A stretch of 64,000 nt of DNA from Eutreptiella sp. 'Long Island Sound 2002'. Lineage: Eukaryota > Protista > Euglenida. The first letter of the stretch is position 1, and every line of letters begins with the position of its first letter. This document shows positions 37,401-45,902 of the stretch, piece after piece. The DNA lies in contig OZ038378.1 of NCBI GenBank assembly GCA_964036045.1, positions 193,750,001-193,814,000 of the forward strand. Direction: 5' to 3'. The position numbers were made by a program, and so were the translations under genes. The notes beneath the pieces were generated by a model that saw only the letters and a list, made by a program, of their open reading frames with translations, did no database searches and had not been told where the DNA came from.

Positions 37401-40400
37401 TGAAACTGGTGAATTAGGTGGTCCGTTTGATGTTGAACATGTTGTTTGTCAGGTCCTACCACTAGAATATCGTCCATATATTGGATCACGACTGTCTCCC
37501 CCGGGTACAATTGCTGAATGTAAAGCGCAAGCAACTGCTGAGCAATTGCGGGGCTGGCGTTCCAGCCAAAAGGCAATCCCGGAAATGAGAAGACTTTTCC
37601 ACAAACTCCAATACGGACAGCATGCCTGTGCTCTGCTGGCACTTTACAACTCCAAAACATATTACTGATGTCTAGTTTAGTGAAATACAAGGGTCGACCC
37701 CTAAGCAGAGCTACAGTAATTACATGCGCCAGTGAATCTAAACTTGGGAGGGTAAATGGGGGGGGGGGCAAACAACGGTCATTGATGGGAATCATATTTA
37801 CAATCAAGGCACACTTTTGGGCTGACTTAGGTTTGAGATATGCTTTGGCATTTGGGCGCAAATGGGGGGGGCATTCACACAGCAGTCCTGACGCCTCTAA
37901 TTTAGAAGCCAACATGAGCAGCAGTGGATCATGGGAGTGGCACTGGGGTGGTGCCTGCTCAGTGGCCCACGTGTAGTTAGCCGGCGCACAGGACTGCCAC
38001 AGGGGCTGGGGTATGTCAACATGTCCCGCATCGCCCAATCCGCGCTGCACCATGTCAGGGGTCACCGATGCTTGCGAAGGGGTACCCTCCGTCGGGCTGG
38101 TGTCGGTGCTGTGGTTGGGGCGTGCTGTGGGAGAGGTGTCGGAGATTACGGACGGATCTGTGGCCAGCTGTTGTAGTAGTTGGTGTACAGGCGCCAATGG
38201 CGAAGGCGGCGGCTCCGGCGGCGGTTGGGGTGAATGGTTCGGGGACGGGGGTGGTGTCACACTTGGGGAAGGTGGGTTGGGGGGGGGGTCCACTGGTAGG
38301 CGGTTCACCATCAACACAATCAAATCCCGCAACAACATAGTCACATTCGTCACCGACACTTTCAATTTCTGGGCAATGAGCTCTGCACTCCGTTGGAGAT
38401 GTTGTTGTATGGGGATGTGACATATACTGCACGGGCTCCGATGCAGTTTCGCGCAACCACAAAGGTCGCCAATGTGCATATGCATCCCCGCGCCGAGGCG
38501 CGGTGAGCTCATAGCCATGGTGTGGTGTGGGATCCGAAGTGGGTTGATGCCCACACATAGGACGTTTTGCTGGGGGTTCGCTGATGGGCCCTGCAGGTCG
38601 CACGGTTCCCATACGGCCCTCCAAACCGCCAGTGCTGCCATGATGAACCCCATCTGGCACTTGTGAAGATGGTAAAGGCGTCGCAGCCACAGCGCTAGCA
38701 ACAGCACCCATGCTTGGACACCCACCAGGAGCAGTTGCAGGGCATGTCGCCAGTGGCTCACCGGCAGGGGGTGGTGTAGTAACTCCATGGTGGATTGCAT
38801 GATTTGTCGTTGGTGGTGCCTCCATCGATTCTGATTGCGCCATTGACGTCGACTCTGAGCACTGAGACTGCACATCCGATCTATCGGTATCGGTGGACTC
38901 ACCGATGGACGGTGTCTCGTCGCTCTCGCGGCCTGTGGACGAGGGTTGGTATGTGGCTGCATAAGCGAGTTCCAACTGCTGTGGTGCACGGACGGGAGCC
39001 GTGCATGGCTTGGCAAACGTATCACGCGGCCATAATTCGGATAGTCGTACAAGCCGCCATTCCATATCGCGCACGGGGCTGTTGGTGGTAGCCACGGGGT
39101 ACGGGAGCTGGACTCGGTCAGGTAGGCGCCATGCGGGTGGGGCATGGGAGTAGCGTCTGGGTTGATGTGGGGAATGCCACCTTCCCCACCGCTGGAGGGA
39201 GGACAGTGCTCCTCCCAGTAGGATGAACAACGCTGCGCCCAACTTTTTCCACCCATGCCATCGCACTTCAGCCAGCTCTTTGTATCGCAGGAGGTCCGCC
39301 ATTGCACGTTGGAGTTCCCGCGCGCCCCCTGGGATGACGGCAGCATCCCAGGGGACGTCACTCCTTTTACATGCGACAATGTACGCTCGCCAGGCGTCCA
39401 TGTAGTCACTGAGGGGATAGCTGACGAGCTCTCTATTAATTTTATGGTCGTAAAATGTGATTCAGCCAGGGATCTGCAACCAGCGCCATTGGATTCCGGC
39501 TGCGTCTTGCACTCGCCAAAGGTAGATGGTGCTGGCCATAATGAGGAAATACAGGCGGGCCCACCCCCAATACATGCGCAATCTTCCGATGGACTGGACA
39601 TGCTGTATTGTTGCCCAGGGTTTTGGGATGGTGCGGTGGGATGTATATTTGACGATTGCCGATAGGGTGAGGCGATGGGACTCTGTGAGGACTTCGGGGA
39701 TGAGCGAGAGTCTTTGGCACATAATGATAGCTGAGACGAGTATTTTTGCTGCGGATGGTGACCTGCGGGTCGCTGCCCGGTGTAGGAGCCGAAGGGATAT
39801 GGCGTCTGCGAGGGTGCTGTCGGGGGGTGCATGTGCGAGGAGCTGCCGAAGGGCGCTGAGATAGGTGCGGATAGTACCGGGTTCCCATTTTCGGAGCATG
39901 GTGGATACCGCATTAACCCCGAACGGGATGGTAGACGTGTGTGTGATCGCGTGGATGGCGAGTGCGAGTGTGGGGGCGGCAGGCTGTGGGGCTGTCGCGG
40001 GGGCTGACGGGTCTGCGGGGCACGCGCGGAGCAGCGGAGTCGGTCGGTGAGTCATTGTGGGCCCGCGGGCCCACTTCCGGCAGCCTGGCGAAACTCGTTC
40101 ACCATGTTTTCGAAAATAGCATCATCCCAGGCCTCAACCTTGTCGGACGTCGTAGCTTGCGCCTGTACTTGCCGAACCACTCGTCCTGAACACGTAGCCG
40201 TCGGTTTATGCGACCAATGTCGCTGTCCACATTTGGTGCAGTTCCCCGGCGGTGGTTCAGAGGTATCCCACTCCACTCCAGTGGCGGACATCCAAAATTC
40301 TTTGCCATCACGATGAATGAGGTACCCTTGGCCCACTGCTGCTGGACAATCGGTGGCCCAGTGACCCATCTGGTGACATTTGAAACATCGCCCCGGCTTA

Positions 40401-42959
40401 CGAGAATCTCGCTGAGGGTCACGTTGCTCCGTGTGGGCTTGCCCAGCAGGGCTGTTGTTGATGACCTCCACAGAGCCACCAGACTGTGCTGTGGCCTCTT
40501 GTTCACGTACAGGTGTCCCCCGGGATTGTCGCTTATTGGCCATCTCCAGGTGCAGTAAGCACCACACCTTTTGTATAAACACATCCTGGGTCCAGTCTTG
40601 GGCATTCAACGGAACTTGTTGCAAACCCTGCATAGCTGAGAGCAGGGTGTTCATCCATTGGAACCTCATTCGGGTGCTCGCCAGGTCATTGACTCGTGCA
40701 GCAGTGAGGGGTGGGGCTCTCGGAACGCGCGCTTTCTCCAACTCGGCATCTTTCTTCTGGAGGGCGGCGGTCAGTTCGTTAATTCGTTGTTCTTGAGCTC
40801 GCGCCGTCGCTGGCAGGTCGGTAATCGTAGGGGGCGCTTCATGAAATGTGCCATCCATGTAGTCCATGCGAAGTGCTTTGCGGCCACAGTACGCACCCAG
40901 CACCGCGACAAACTCTGCCGTCTCGATTTGTTCCATGTTACATGCCTCGGCTAGCGCACGAATTTGGTGATCCTCCACAGCAGATTCGGCAATAGCTTCC
41001 CATTGGGATATCATCCAGTGGTCCAGCTCCTCAGTGTGTGACCCAGATCGGGTCAGGGCTTGATATGCGGTAGCGCTCCATCGGTTGAACGCTTCTCGTG
41101 CTTGCACTGCCGCAGGTGTGCGCAGGATACAAGGCCCCGGTAATGGGCCTGGTGGTTGGGTACTATCTTGCGTGGGATCTGTCATTGTGTGATCCCCAGC
41201 AGTGTCACGAGTAGCTTTAGCGGGCATAGTATCAACTGTGAGGCTAGCTTGCCACACAGAGAAACCGGCTAAGCAGAATGGGACAAATACGTAAACGCGT
41301 ATTTGCTCGCTTCGCTCGCAAACACACGTCTTCCTCTTCATCCATGAGACCAGATGGAGGGACTACAGTGGCTGCTGGGATACCATTGGGGACATCGGCG
41401 ACTGCCCCTGCGGCGTGCGAAAGGTGTTATGCGCAGGTCCCACAAAATACGGGGTTGCTGCTGGGGCTCGCGTGACTGGCATCATCACCCCTCATGCTGG
41501 TTTGGGTGCTGGTACCAGGGAGAGGTGAAGGGGGGTTTGTATCCATTCTCTTGGCCAGCTGAACCGGCACACACACTTCAATGTCCCATAGTGGGGATTG
41601 GGGGGGGGGGGGGGGGCCTGGTGGACTTTCCCAGTTGGCTGCAGACCCTTCGCTGGGGTGTCCCCTGCAAGAGCGCCTCTGAGGGGGGGGGGGGAGGTGG
41701 CTGTGCATCCTCTGGGCACTCTTCTGGTTTCCACTCCTCCCACCCTGCAATGGGGTCCTCTTCAGTCTCCTCCTCTGTGGGCTCTTCCTGCCGCCTGGGA
41801 TGCACCGATACGTGGCCAAAAACGAGGAGGGGGAGGGGTTGCGCCGTCCCTCATCTGCCAAATGGTCTGCCCTGGAATCACCTGGTATTTCGATATGGGA
41901 CGGTGCGTGAAGCCACTTTACTTTCTCCCCAAGCTGTTCCGTTATGCACAAAATGGCCTCCCACAGATCCCTGCGTTGGATGGGCCCCTTGGCATTGCCC
42001 CAGTTGTGGCGCCGCCATCGCTGCGCCCACCCCAAAACCCCTTCCACAATCAATAAGCAGCCCGGGCAAATAAGGGACCGCTAACCAGGCCTGTGCCCCT
42101 CCTGCGCTCGTAGGGACGCCCGCAGCTCTCCTCGGGTATTCGTTTGTTCCTCATTCAGCGGGATAAATGCTGCTCTGTCCCTTCGTCACACCGTACCATC
42201 ACCCTCATATTCACAAAGAAGTACCAGGTAGGGGTCCACTGTCGTTCACTGAACTTTAGAGCATAACGTACCAACCATGATGCCCTGACTGCAGTCCAGA
42301 GGACCAGGCCCAGGGGGATACCCCTTCCCTACACAACCACAGCTGAAGGCAAGGGAAACGATAGTCCGACCGGGCTCCTGCGCTTAGAAAAGATGGCTCT
42401 TGGGGACTTTTGGGCCCTAAGCAAACCCAAATCGGCACACCCAGTGTGCTTTACACGATTTACAAGAATCAGGTCATGATGCGTCCCTGGATCTGAGAAT
42501 GTCAGAGGGTAGTTGAACTTGAGGTCCCTCACATGTTGCTTGGTGCGAAGACAGGACAGTTGCAGACCCACTCCCATGTGTTTTGTGCACAAAATGAGGT
42601 GAAGTGCCAAGAGACGGAAGACATGCCAACTGAGACACTCAGGATTCAATGGTGAGAATGCCCGTGGGACGACAGATTGTTGCCCTTGAAGCGTCAAAAG
42701 GGAGAGCTCATGAGGCTTCGTGTGTCGCGGGCTGCTGTGTTCTACACGACGTGGACTCAGGCAGGCCACATATTCCCTGTGCTTGCACTAGGCACTCATA
42801 GTGCACCCCATCGCAGTCTCAACGTGGAGTCAAAAAACGCAAGATGGAGGTGTACAGTGCTTACCCTGAGGGTTCTATGACAGGGCGTACCTCAGAGCCA
42901 TCCACACCCAGAGCGAGCTCCTTCTTGTTGATGCGGTCGATTTCCTTCACGACATTCAT
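12827..42959 (-). CDS. RBMX2: RBMX2/Snu17(Ist3)-like RRM protein (RES complex), 7 exons, 1242-nt CDS, 413 aa
   Basis: Exons 42959-42891, 29863-29815, 28476-28385, 20866-20777, 17523-17407, 15104-14928, 13474-12827 join in phase across GT-AG introns. They give [111 protein letters not shown], the typical RBMX2 RRM, followed by a K-rich and RD-rich tail. Confidence 0.92.
14928..15104 (-). CDS. RBMX2: RBMX2-like exon 6
   Basis: GACAG acceptor and GTACGC donor; 59 codons [15 protein letters not shown]...SSDSSGSE. Confidence 0.8.
16643..16838. mobile_element. R1-related repeat bounded by a C-run and a G-run
   Basis: C-run start, internal TTTGTAACCGACAGTTAACGCCAACCGC (reverse of the R1 GCGGTT motifs), ends CCTTCTAATGCATCCC + G-run. 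Confidence 0.45.
17407..17523 (-). CDS. RBMX2: RBMX2-like exon 5
   Basis: TTACAG acceptor and GTCTGT donor; [15 protein letters not shown]. Confidence 0.9.
17849..18079. repeat. 36-bp exact direct repeat pair
   Basis: ACATGCTTTACATAGCTTGGATGGTCATTGTGAGTG at 17849-17884 and 18044-18079. Confidence 0.8.
20777..20866 (-). CDS. RBMX2: RBMX2-like exon 4 (RNP1)
   Basis: GCGCAG acceptor and GTCCCC donor; [30 protein letters not shown]. Confidence 0.93.
22340..23340 (-). pseudogene. RT/RNase H pseudogene of element #2
   Basis: HYLDDVSLV...[12 protein letters not shown]...KWLGK aligns with QYMDDILVV...[11 protein letters not shown]...TWMGK of the intact RT; stops and frameshifts present. Confidence 0.75.
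23440..24400 (+). pseudogene. Gag C-terminal knuckle + tyrosine recombinase pseudogene of element #2
   Basis: [21 protein letters not shown] vs [21 protein letters not shown]; GTIKFYDRK vs G*ITFYDHK; [10 protein letters not shown]...WAKW...RRY...RLPHP vs [11 protein letters not shown]...WGRW...RRY...QLPYP. Confidence 0.8.
25390..26830 (-). pseudogene. Highly degenerate YR retrotransposon remnant #3 (YR C-terminus, spacer, RT N-terminus)
   Basis: [25 protein letters not shown] (about 26670-26760) resembles the YR H..R/GAA/WG.W block; PHSLW and NVFWN resemble PQPLW and NMFWS of the intact RT, in the same order. Confidence 0.4.
27053..27454. mobile_element. Tc1/mariner-type MITE, C-run TIR family, copy 2
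   Basis: Same TIR as 3845-4423; TA at 27051-27052 and 27455-27456; different internal length. Confidence 0.85.
28385..28476 (-). CDS. RBMX2: RBMX2-like exon 3 (RNP2)
   Basis: GATACAG acceptor and GTGCGT donor; [31 protein letters not shown]. Confidence 0.93.
28715..28893. mobile_element. MITE-like repeat, family R1
   Basis: GCGCTTGAGGGG / CCCCTTCAAGCGC inverted ends; GCGGTTGCAAAAC motifs. Confidence 0.55.
29815..29863 (-). CDS. RBMX2: RBMX2-like exon 2
   Basis: CTCAG acceptor and GTATGA donor; [17 protein letters not shown]. Confidence 0.9.
30450..30870 (-). pseudogene. Degenerate RNase HI remnant (retroelement-derived)
   Basis: Frameshifted motifs YPIDS and [10 protein letters not shown]...GN resemble RNase HI blocks; by eye only. 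Confidence 0.3.
31270..31355. repeat. Perfect 86-bp palindrome (B repeat head-to-head)
   Basis: GTTTACGG...CCTGCAT|ATGCAGG...CCGTAAAC centred at 31312/31313. Confidence 0.95.
31456..32631 (+). CDS. gag: Gag-like protein (391 aa), plus copy
   Basis: CCHC knuckle [14 protein letters not shown], second Cys/His motif CTKCGQRH, coiled coil [22 protein letters not shown]. Confidence 0.85.
   Translation: MPAKATRDTAGDHTMTDPTQDSTQPPGPLPGPCILRTPAAVQAREAFNRWSATAYQALTRSGSHTEELDHWMISQWEAIAESAVEDHQIRALAEACNMEQIETAEFVAVLGAYCGRKALRMDYMDGTFHEAPPTITDLPATARAQEQRINELTAALQKKDAELEKARVPRAPPLTAARVNDLASTRMRFQWMNTLLSAMQGLQQVPLNAQDWTQDVFIQKVWCLLHLEMANKRQSRGTPVREQEATAQSGGSVEVINNSPAGQAHTEQRDPQRDSRKPGRCFKCHQMGHWATDCPAAVGQGYLIHRDGKEFWMSATGVEWDTSEPPPGNCTKCGQRHWSHKPTATCSGRVVRQVQAQATTSDKVEAWDDAIFENMVNEFRQAAGSGPAGPQ
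32628..34628 (+). CDS. Tyrosine recombinase ORF with one in-frame TGA (33219-33221) and a long Pro/Thr-rich tail, plus copy
   Basis: Motifs LWRVQDA (R), FYDHK (K), [14 protein letters not shown]; ORFs 32628-33221 and 33282-34628 are in the same frame. Confidence 0.8.
32770..36134 (+). pseudogene. pol: Pol (RT + RNase H), plus copy, frameshifted at a C10 run near 34915-34924
   Basis: [21 protein letters not shown]; RNase H FVDAA / AAEL / IDNQ / NPAD. The minus copy has C11 and is intact, so the shift may be a homopolymer sequencing error. Confidence 0.85.
36152..36530. repeat. Tail-to-tail junction: B-A, inverted B(1-20), unique about 95 bp, then A-B reversed
   Basis: B 36152-36195, A 36194-36285 (2-nt deletion), TCACAGCCCTGTCCTGCATA 36280-36299, unique 36300-36394, reverse A 36395-36488, reverse B 36487-36530. 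Confidence 0.9.
36548..39913 (-). CDS. pol: Pol ORF (1121 aa from first ATG; RT/RNase H in the last about 500 aa), minus copy, intact
   Basis: Uninterrupted ORF with DIRS-type RT (YMDD) and RNase H motifs; the frame stays open upstream to the gag stop. Confidence 0.9.
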   Translation of the reverse strand: MRYPPCSENGNPVLSAPISAPFGSSSHMHPPTAPSQTPYPFGSYTGQRPAGHHPQQKYSSQLSLCAKDSRSSPKSSQSPIASPYRQSSNIHPTAPSQNPGQQYSMSSPSEDCACIGGGPACISSLWPAPSTFGECKTQPESNGAGCRSLAESHFTTIKLIESSSAIPSVTTWTPGERTLSHVKGVTSPGMLPSSQGARGNSNVQWRTSCDTKSWLKCDGMGGKSWAQRCSSYWEEHCPPSSGGEGGIPHINPDATPMPHPHGAYLTESSSRTPWLPPTAPCAIWNGGLYDYPNYGRVIRLPSHARLPSVHHSSWNSLMQPHTNPRPQAARATRHRPSVSPPIPIDRMCSLSAQSRRQWRNQNRWRHHQRQIMQSTMELLHHPLPVSHWRHALQLLLVGVQAWVLLLALWLRRLYHLHKCQMGFIMAALAVWRAVWEPCDLQGPSANPQQNVLCVGINPLRIPHHTMAMSSPRLGAGMHMHIGDLCGCAKLHRSPCSICHIPIQQHLQRSAELIAQKLKVSVTNVTMLLRDLIVLMVNRLPVDPPPNPPSPSVTPPPSPNHSPQPPPEPPPSPLAPVHQLLQQLATDPSVISDTSPTARPNHSTDTSPTEGTPSQASVTPDMVQRGLGDAGHVDIPQPLWQSCAPANYTWATEQAPPQCHSHDPLLLMLASKLEASGLLCECPPHLRPNAKAYLKPKSAQKCALIVNMIPINDRCLPPPPFTLPSLDSLAHVITVALLRGRPLYFTKLDISNMFWSCKVPAEHRHAVRIGVCGKVFSFPGLPFGWNASPAIAQQLLALYIQQLYPGETVVIQYMDDILVVGPDKQHVQHQTDHLIHQFQTHRWVVSAKSDVGPKHTVTWMGKHFDGLRGVVATGTQYLVGVVVLWIKLGTRGYQSTLLQRLLGKLQWALRPGRGAAAFLAGPYAWLQQGPPVAKCTPPAVLRALAEAAAAAIVPWTAPVTPPCGPTWFVDAAGTWTGYWGAIWSPYMRPKTFQLPDWVHTQQAAELAAVVNAARVAAYKGHHSLNLLIDNQAAICTAISGKAKFRCPAQLRLLRQLQHILRWSGLQLACYWVPSAFNPADPPSRWWKYPTPILTDLEAWTVYSRLLASPFVPQFVAQTKYRG
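38055..40055 (-). CDS. Tyrosine recombinase ORF with in-frame TGA (39462-39464), minus copy
   Basis: Same motifs and same internal stop as the plus copy. Confidence 0.8.
40052..41227 (-). CDS. gag: Gag-like protein (391 aa), minus copy
   Basis: Same translation as the plus copy in the ORF track; CCHC knuckle. Confidence 0.85.
   Translation of the reverse strand: MPAKATRDTAGDHTMTDPTQDSTQPPGPLPGPCILRTPAAVQAREAFNRWSATAYQALTRSGSHTEELDHWMISQWEAIAESAVEDHQIRALAEACNMEQIETAEFVAVLGAYCGRKALRMDYMDGTFHEAPPTITDLPATARAQEQRINELTAALQKKDAELEKARVPRAPPLTAARVNDLASTRMRFQWMNTLLSAMQGLQQVPLNAQDWTQDVFIQKVWCLLHLEMANKRQSRGTPVREQEATAQSGGSVEVINNSPAGQAHTEQRDPQRDSRKPGRCFKCHQMGHWATDCPAAVGQGYLIHRDGKEFWMSATGVEWDTSEPPPGNCTKCGQRHWSHKPTATCSGRVVRQVQAQATTSDKVEAWDDAIFENMVNEFRQAAGSGPAGPQ
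41890..42180 (-). pseudogene. RNase HI domain remnant (non-LTR retroelement type)
   Basis: [12 protein letters not shown]...[11 protein letters not shown]...RRDLWEAI...[25 protein letters not shown], with an internal stop and decayed catalytic residues. Confidence 0.75.
42891..42959 (-). CDS. RBMX2: RBMX2-like exon 1
   Basis: [23 protein letters not shown]; GTACGC donor. Confidence 0.9.
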
Positions 42960-42976
42960 AATGCATGACACAAACC

Positions 42977-43015
42977 CTGCGCAGACGAAAAAGGCACAGA
43001 AAGCACGGAAGGCGG
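42977..43015 (-). promoter_or_regulatory. Polypyrimidine tract + AG acceptor 17 nt upstream of the RBMX2 ATG (trans-splice or 5'UTR intron acceptor)
   Basis: CCTTCCGTGCTTTCTGTGCCTTTTTCGTCTGCGCAG|GGTTTG. Confidence 0.55.
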
Positions 43016-43899
43016 TGTAGTCCTGCACTGGAAGGGCTCTGTGCCATGTGATGCAGTTATTGTACGCAAGTGTCACGGAGAACAGACCATGCTGCAGTGT
43101 GCCATGCCATATTCCTGGACTCAGTTTGGTTGGGAGGGTCCATTAGCGTGCTTGAAACGCAAGCAGGTTAGATCTTTTTCTTTGGTTCAGACCTGGGCAA
43201 GCTGGCAAAGCCTTCTGGCCAGACGGTACTCGAGATGCTACGATTGTCCCACAGCGCCCAGTGTGGTAGTGGACATGACACGTAGGTAGGGCGAGCTAAA
43301 TCTGAAACCAGAAGATGCACCGGGAACTGCCACGCCTGTAGGCATCCCAAGGTGCTACTGGAGCACATAGAGGACTGAAGGCTGAGATGAATCAGCGGGT
43401 TGCATTGAACGGAGCAAGAATGTCAGGGAGTGACAGGGAGACGACATGCAGGCACAGTTGGTCACTATTCACTACGGGGCTGAGAACATTGCTGTCCCAT
43501 TTCTGGTTTAAGGGGAGTGGGGACATGAGGGGTGCACAGAGGCGTTTGGATGCAGGGGCTTAGGAGTCACACGGCTGGGAGTGTTTTCTGAAACTCAAGC
43601 AGGTTAGACCATTCCATTGACCTCATGCCAAGTTCGTGCAGGTCGTGGACGGGTGTGTGCACACCTCCCTGGTGAGATGAGTTGACATCTGCAGAGGTTC
43701 TGGTCACCGTGCAGGATGGATGAACTCCGGTACGGTGGTCGGTTAGGATACCAGCCGCACTGATGATGTCGCTGGCTGCACTGGAGCACGTGCATCTGGA
43801 CCCTGCATGAATGACTAAGGCCCAACTTGGCAAAACGTGTCCTCATTTTCGACAATTTTGAGGATGTGCCCAAGGTCAGCTACACTGGGATCAATGCTG

Positions 43900-44950
43900 A
43901 AGACAGCAGTCAGGAGGCCACGGCGAAATTTAAGGCAGCCCGCCCCCTGCAAAACGCTCTAACATTCTGTGATTTCCACACGGTATGTCTTCATGTGTGA
44001 TTTTGTCTGGAATGCTGCCCAGGCCTTTCACTATGACTAACCCTTCTTTATTCATTTTTGGTTTCATTCTAGTGTCATGGGCGTCTTGGAATGTACTTGA
44101 GAGTCTGTCCAACAACAACCCAACAACGGGACCCCCTTTGGCCACGGGGCAGTGGCTGAGATTCCCAGCGCCGGTGCAACCAGACGTCCTCAGTTGAGGT
44201 TTCCTGTGCCCTACCCTCCCCAAAAAGTGGCCTTCTGTTCTGGCCGTTTCGTTTGGATCACCGCAGCTTCCCATATCTTTGAGTGCAGGTGGGTCATATC
44301 ACAGGGACGACTGGGACGACTGGTGACCCAAGCCCAATTTTCATGGACGATGACATCCCTCTAACCAACACTTATGTGCCTGCTCACCCGGGTGCATTGA
44401 CAAGTGCAATGGCACACCCAATGTGTCAGACGACGCACACAAAGATGCACTTTGAGGCGTGTACCCCCCTCCCCCTGCAATGTTGCAATGCTGGCGGACA
44501 ACACTTCCCTCACACGCCTGGGGAAACATGGCCAAAAATGGCCAAAGTGATGGTTCCCTTGGCCCCCTGAGGGAATTTCAAAGAATGCATGGCACACAAC
44601 GAGATGTGCCTATGTGCATGCACAAAACCACCACAAAACACCATGTTATGGTGTGTGCTTAGGTCTATTGTGGAATCTTCTCCCATGAGTCCCAGATCCA
44701 CTTGATCATCAAATGACGGGATGGGATGGGCACCGATTCTGTATCCCCTAATCATTCAACCATTGGCGCAAGCGGTGTCAAAAAAGATTGTTCCACACGT
44801 GCTCCAAACTGCTGATTGCTTTCAGCATTATCGCACCCTTGTGCAAAGGGGTTACCATTAGGAGCGCCAACGAACAGTGTAAAATCAACATCCCACAGAT
44901 TTTTGATTGTCAACATGATCGGCTTTAATGGCTGAATTTGCACAAAAAAA
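43900..44950 (-). pseudogene. Heavily decayed LINE-type RT remnant
   Basis: Fragments LKPIMLT, NQQFG, SFDDQV and GV*G/REVLS occur in non-LTR RT motif order; by eye only. Confidence 0.3.
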
Positions 44951-45830
44951 AACCAATGGATTCACCTGATACATGGATAAATGCATCAAGATGCAATCAA
45001 TGCGTTTGTACCACAATACACAAACCGTAACACCATGGACACACCAAAAAAGAAGACCACCTTTCTAGTGTAACGGGGAGTCCCTGTGCTGTGAGCACCA
45101 CACACTACTTTTGTGGAAAGTACACCCGAAAAACTGTGACTTTTACACTCTCCCAAAATGTCCCACCATGTCACTTTCCTTTTTTGTTTTGCTCGACTTT
45201 TGAAGTTTGCGAAGTTTGAAGTTTACTACCTAGGCCCCGCCAAGAGGCCCTGGTGGAGCACATGCTGGAGGCCGGTAACTACCTAGGCTGGTAAAGCAAA
45301 CGCTGGAAGCATGTAACTACTTCGGCCCCACCATGGCCTTGGTGGAGCAAACCGAAACAAGTGGCAAAAGGCCTGAATATGCTGCACACCGCTGATGGCA
45401 CTAGAACGCTCTGATTCCTGATTCCGAGAATTCTCGAGTACCATCGGGTAAGAGGGCTTTGCCAGCTTACCCAGGTCTGAAACAAAAAAGTATGCTGCAC
45501 ACCGCTGATGGGTAGCACTTGGTGATCCCCTGGAATCCCCTAGCATTCTGTTACGTCTCCAACATGAGTGGTGGTGAGCACCCTCCAAACTCCACAGTTT
45601 TGGGAAAGGCTTTGTGTGGAGCTTGCTAGCGCCGGCATGGGAGGGGCGCCAAGGGGCAGCAGTAGCACTTGTGAGTAGTAGGGCAATTGTGCCACTCTCA
45701 CCAAGTAAGAATAGTTTTCTTCAGTTGATGGGGGTGGCCGAGTTGCGGGGGGAAGGTCATCTTTCTAATTTAGGGGGAGCATCTGACCGGGTGCTCACAC
45801 GGAGTGGCTACTTGGCTATCTATGAGAAAG

Positions 45831-45902
45831 GTGTTGTGTTGTGTTGTGTTGTGTTGTGTTGTGTTGTGTTGTGTTGTGTTGTGTTGTGTTGTGCTGTGTT
45901 GT
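45831..45902. repeat. (GTGTT)n microsatellite
   Basis: About 14 pentamer units. Confidence 0.95.

Larger units (their letters stand above)
31270..41329. mobile_element. Inverted dimer of a near-intact YR retrotransposon (gag-YR-RT/RH order, VIPER/TATE-like; split direct repeats)
   Basis: 31312-36278 and about 36404-41329 are reverse complements with about 8 differences spotted. A repeat 94 bp, B repeat 44 bp; no TSD; 2-bp shared GT core at both outer junctions. Confidence 0.92.

Noticed and set aside
31270-41329. Simple foldback read chimera as the explanation for the inverted dimer
   Set aside because: The arms differ at several substitutions, the centre has a unique spacer and the outer ends are complementary halves of one junction. 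Not fully excluded without spanning reads.
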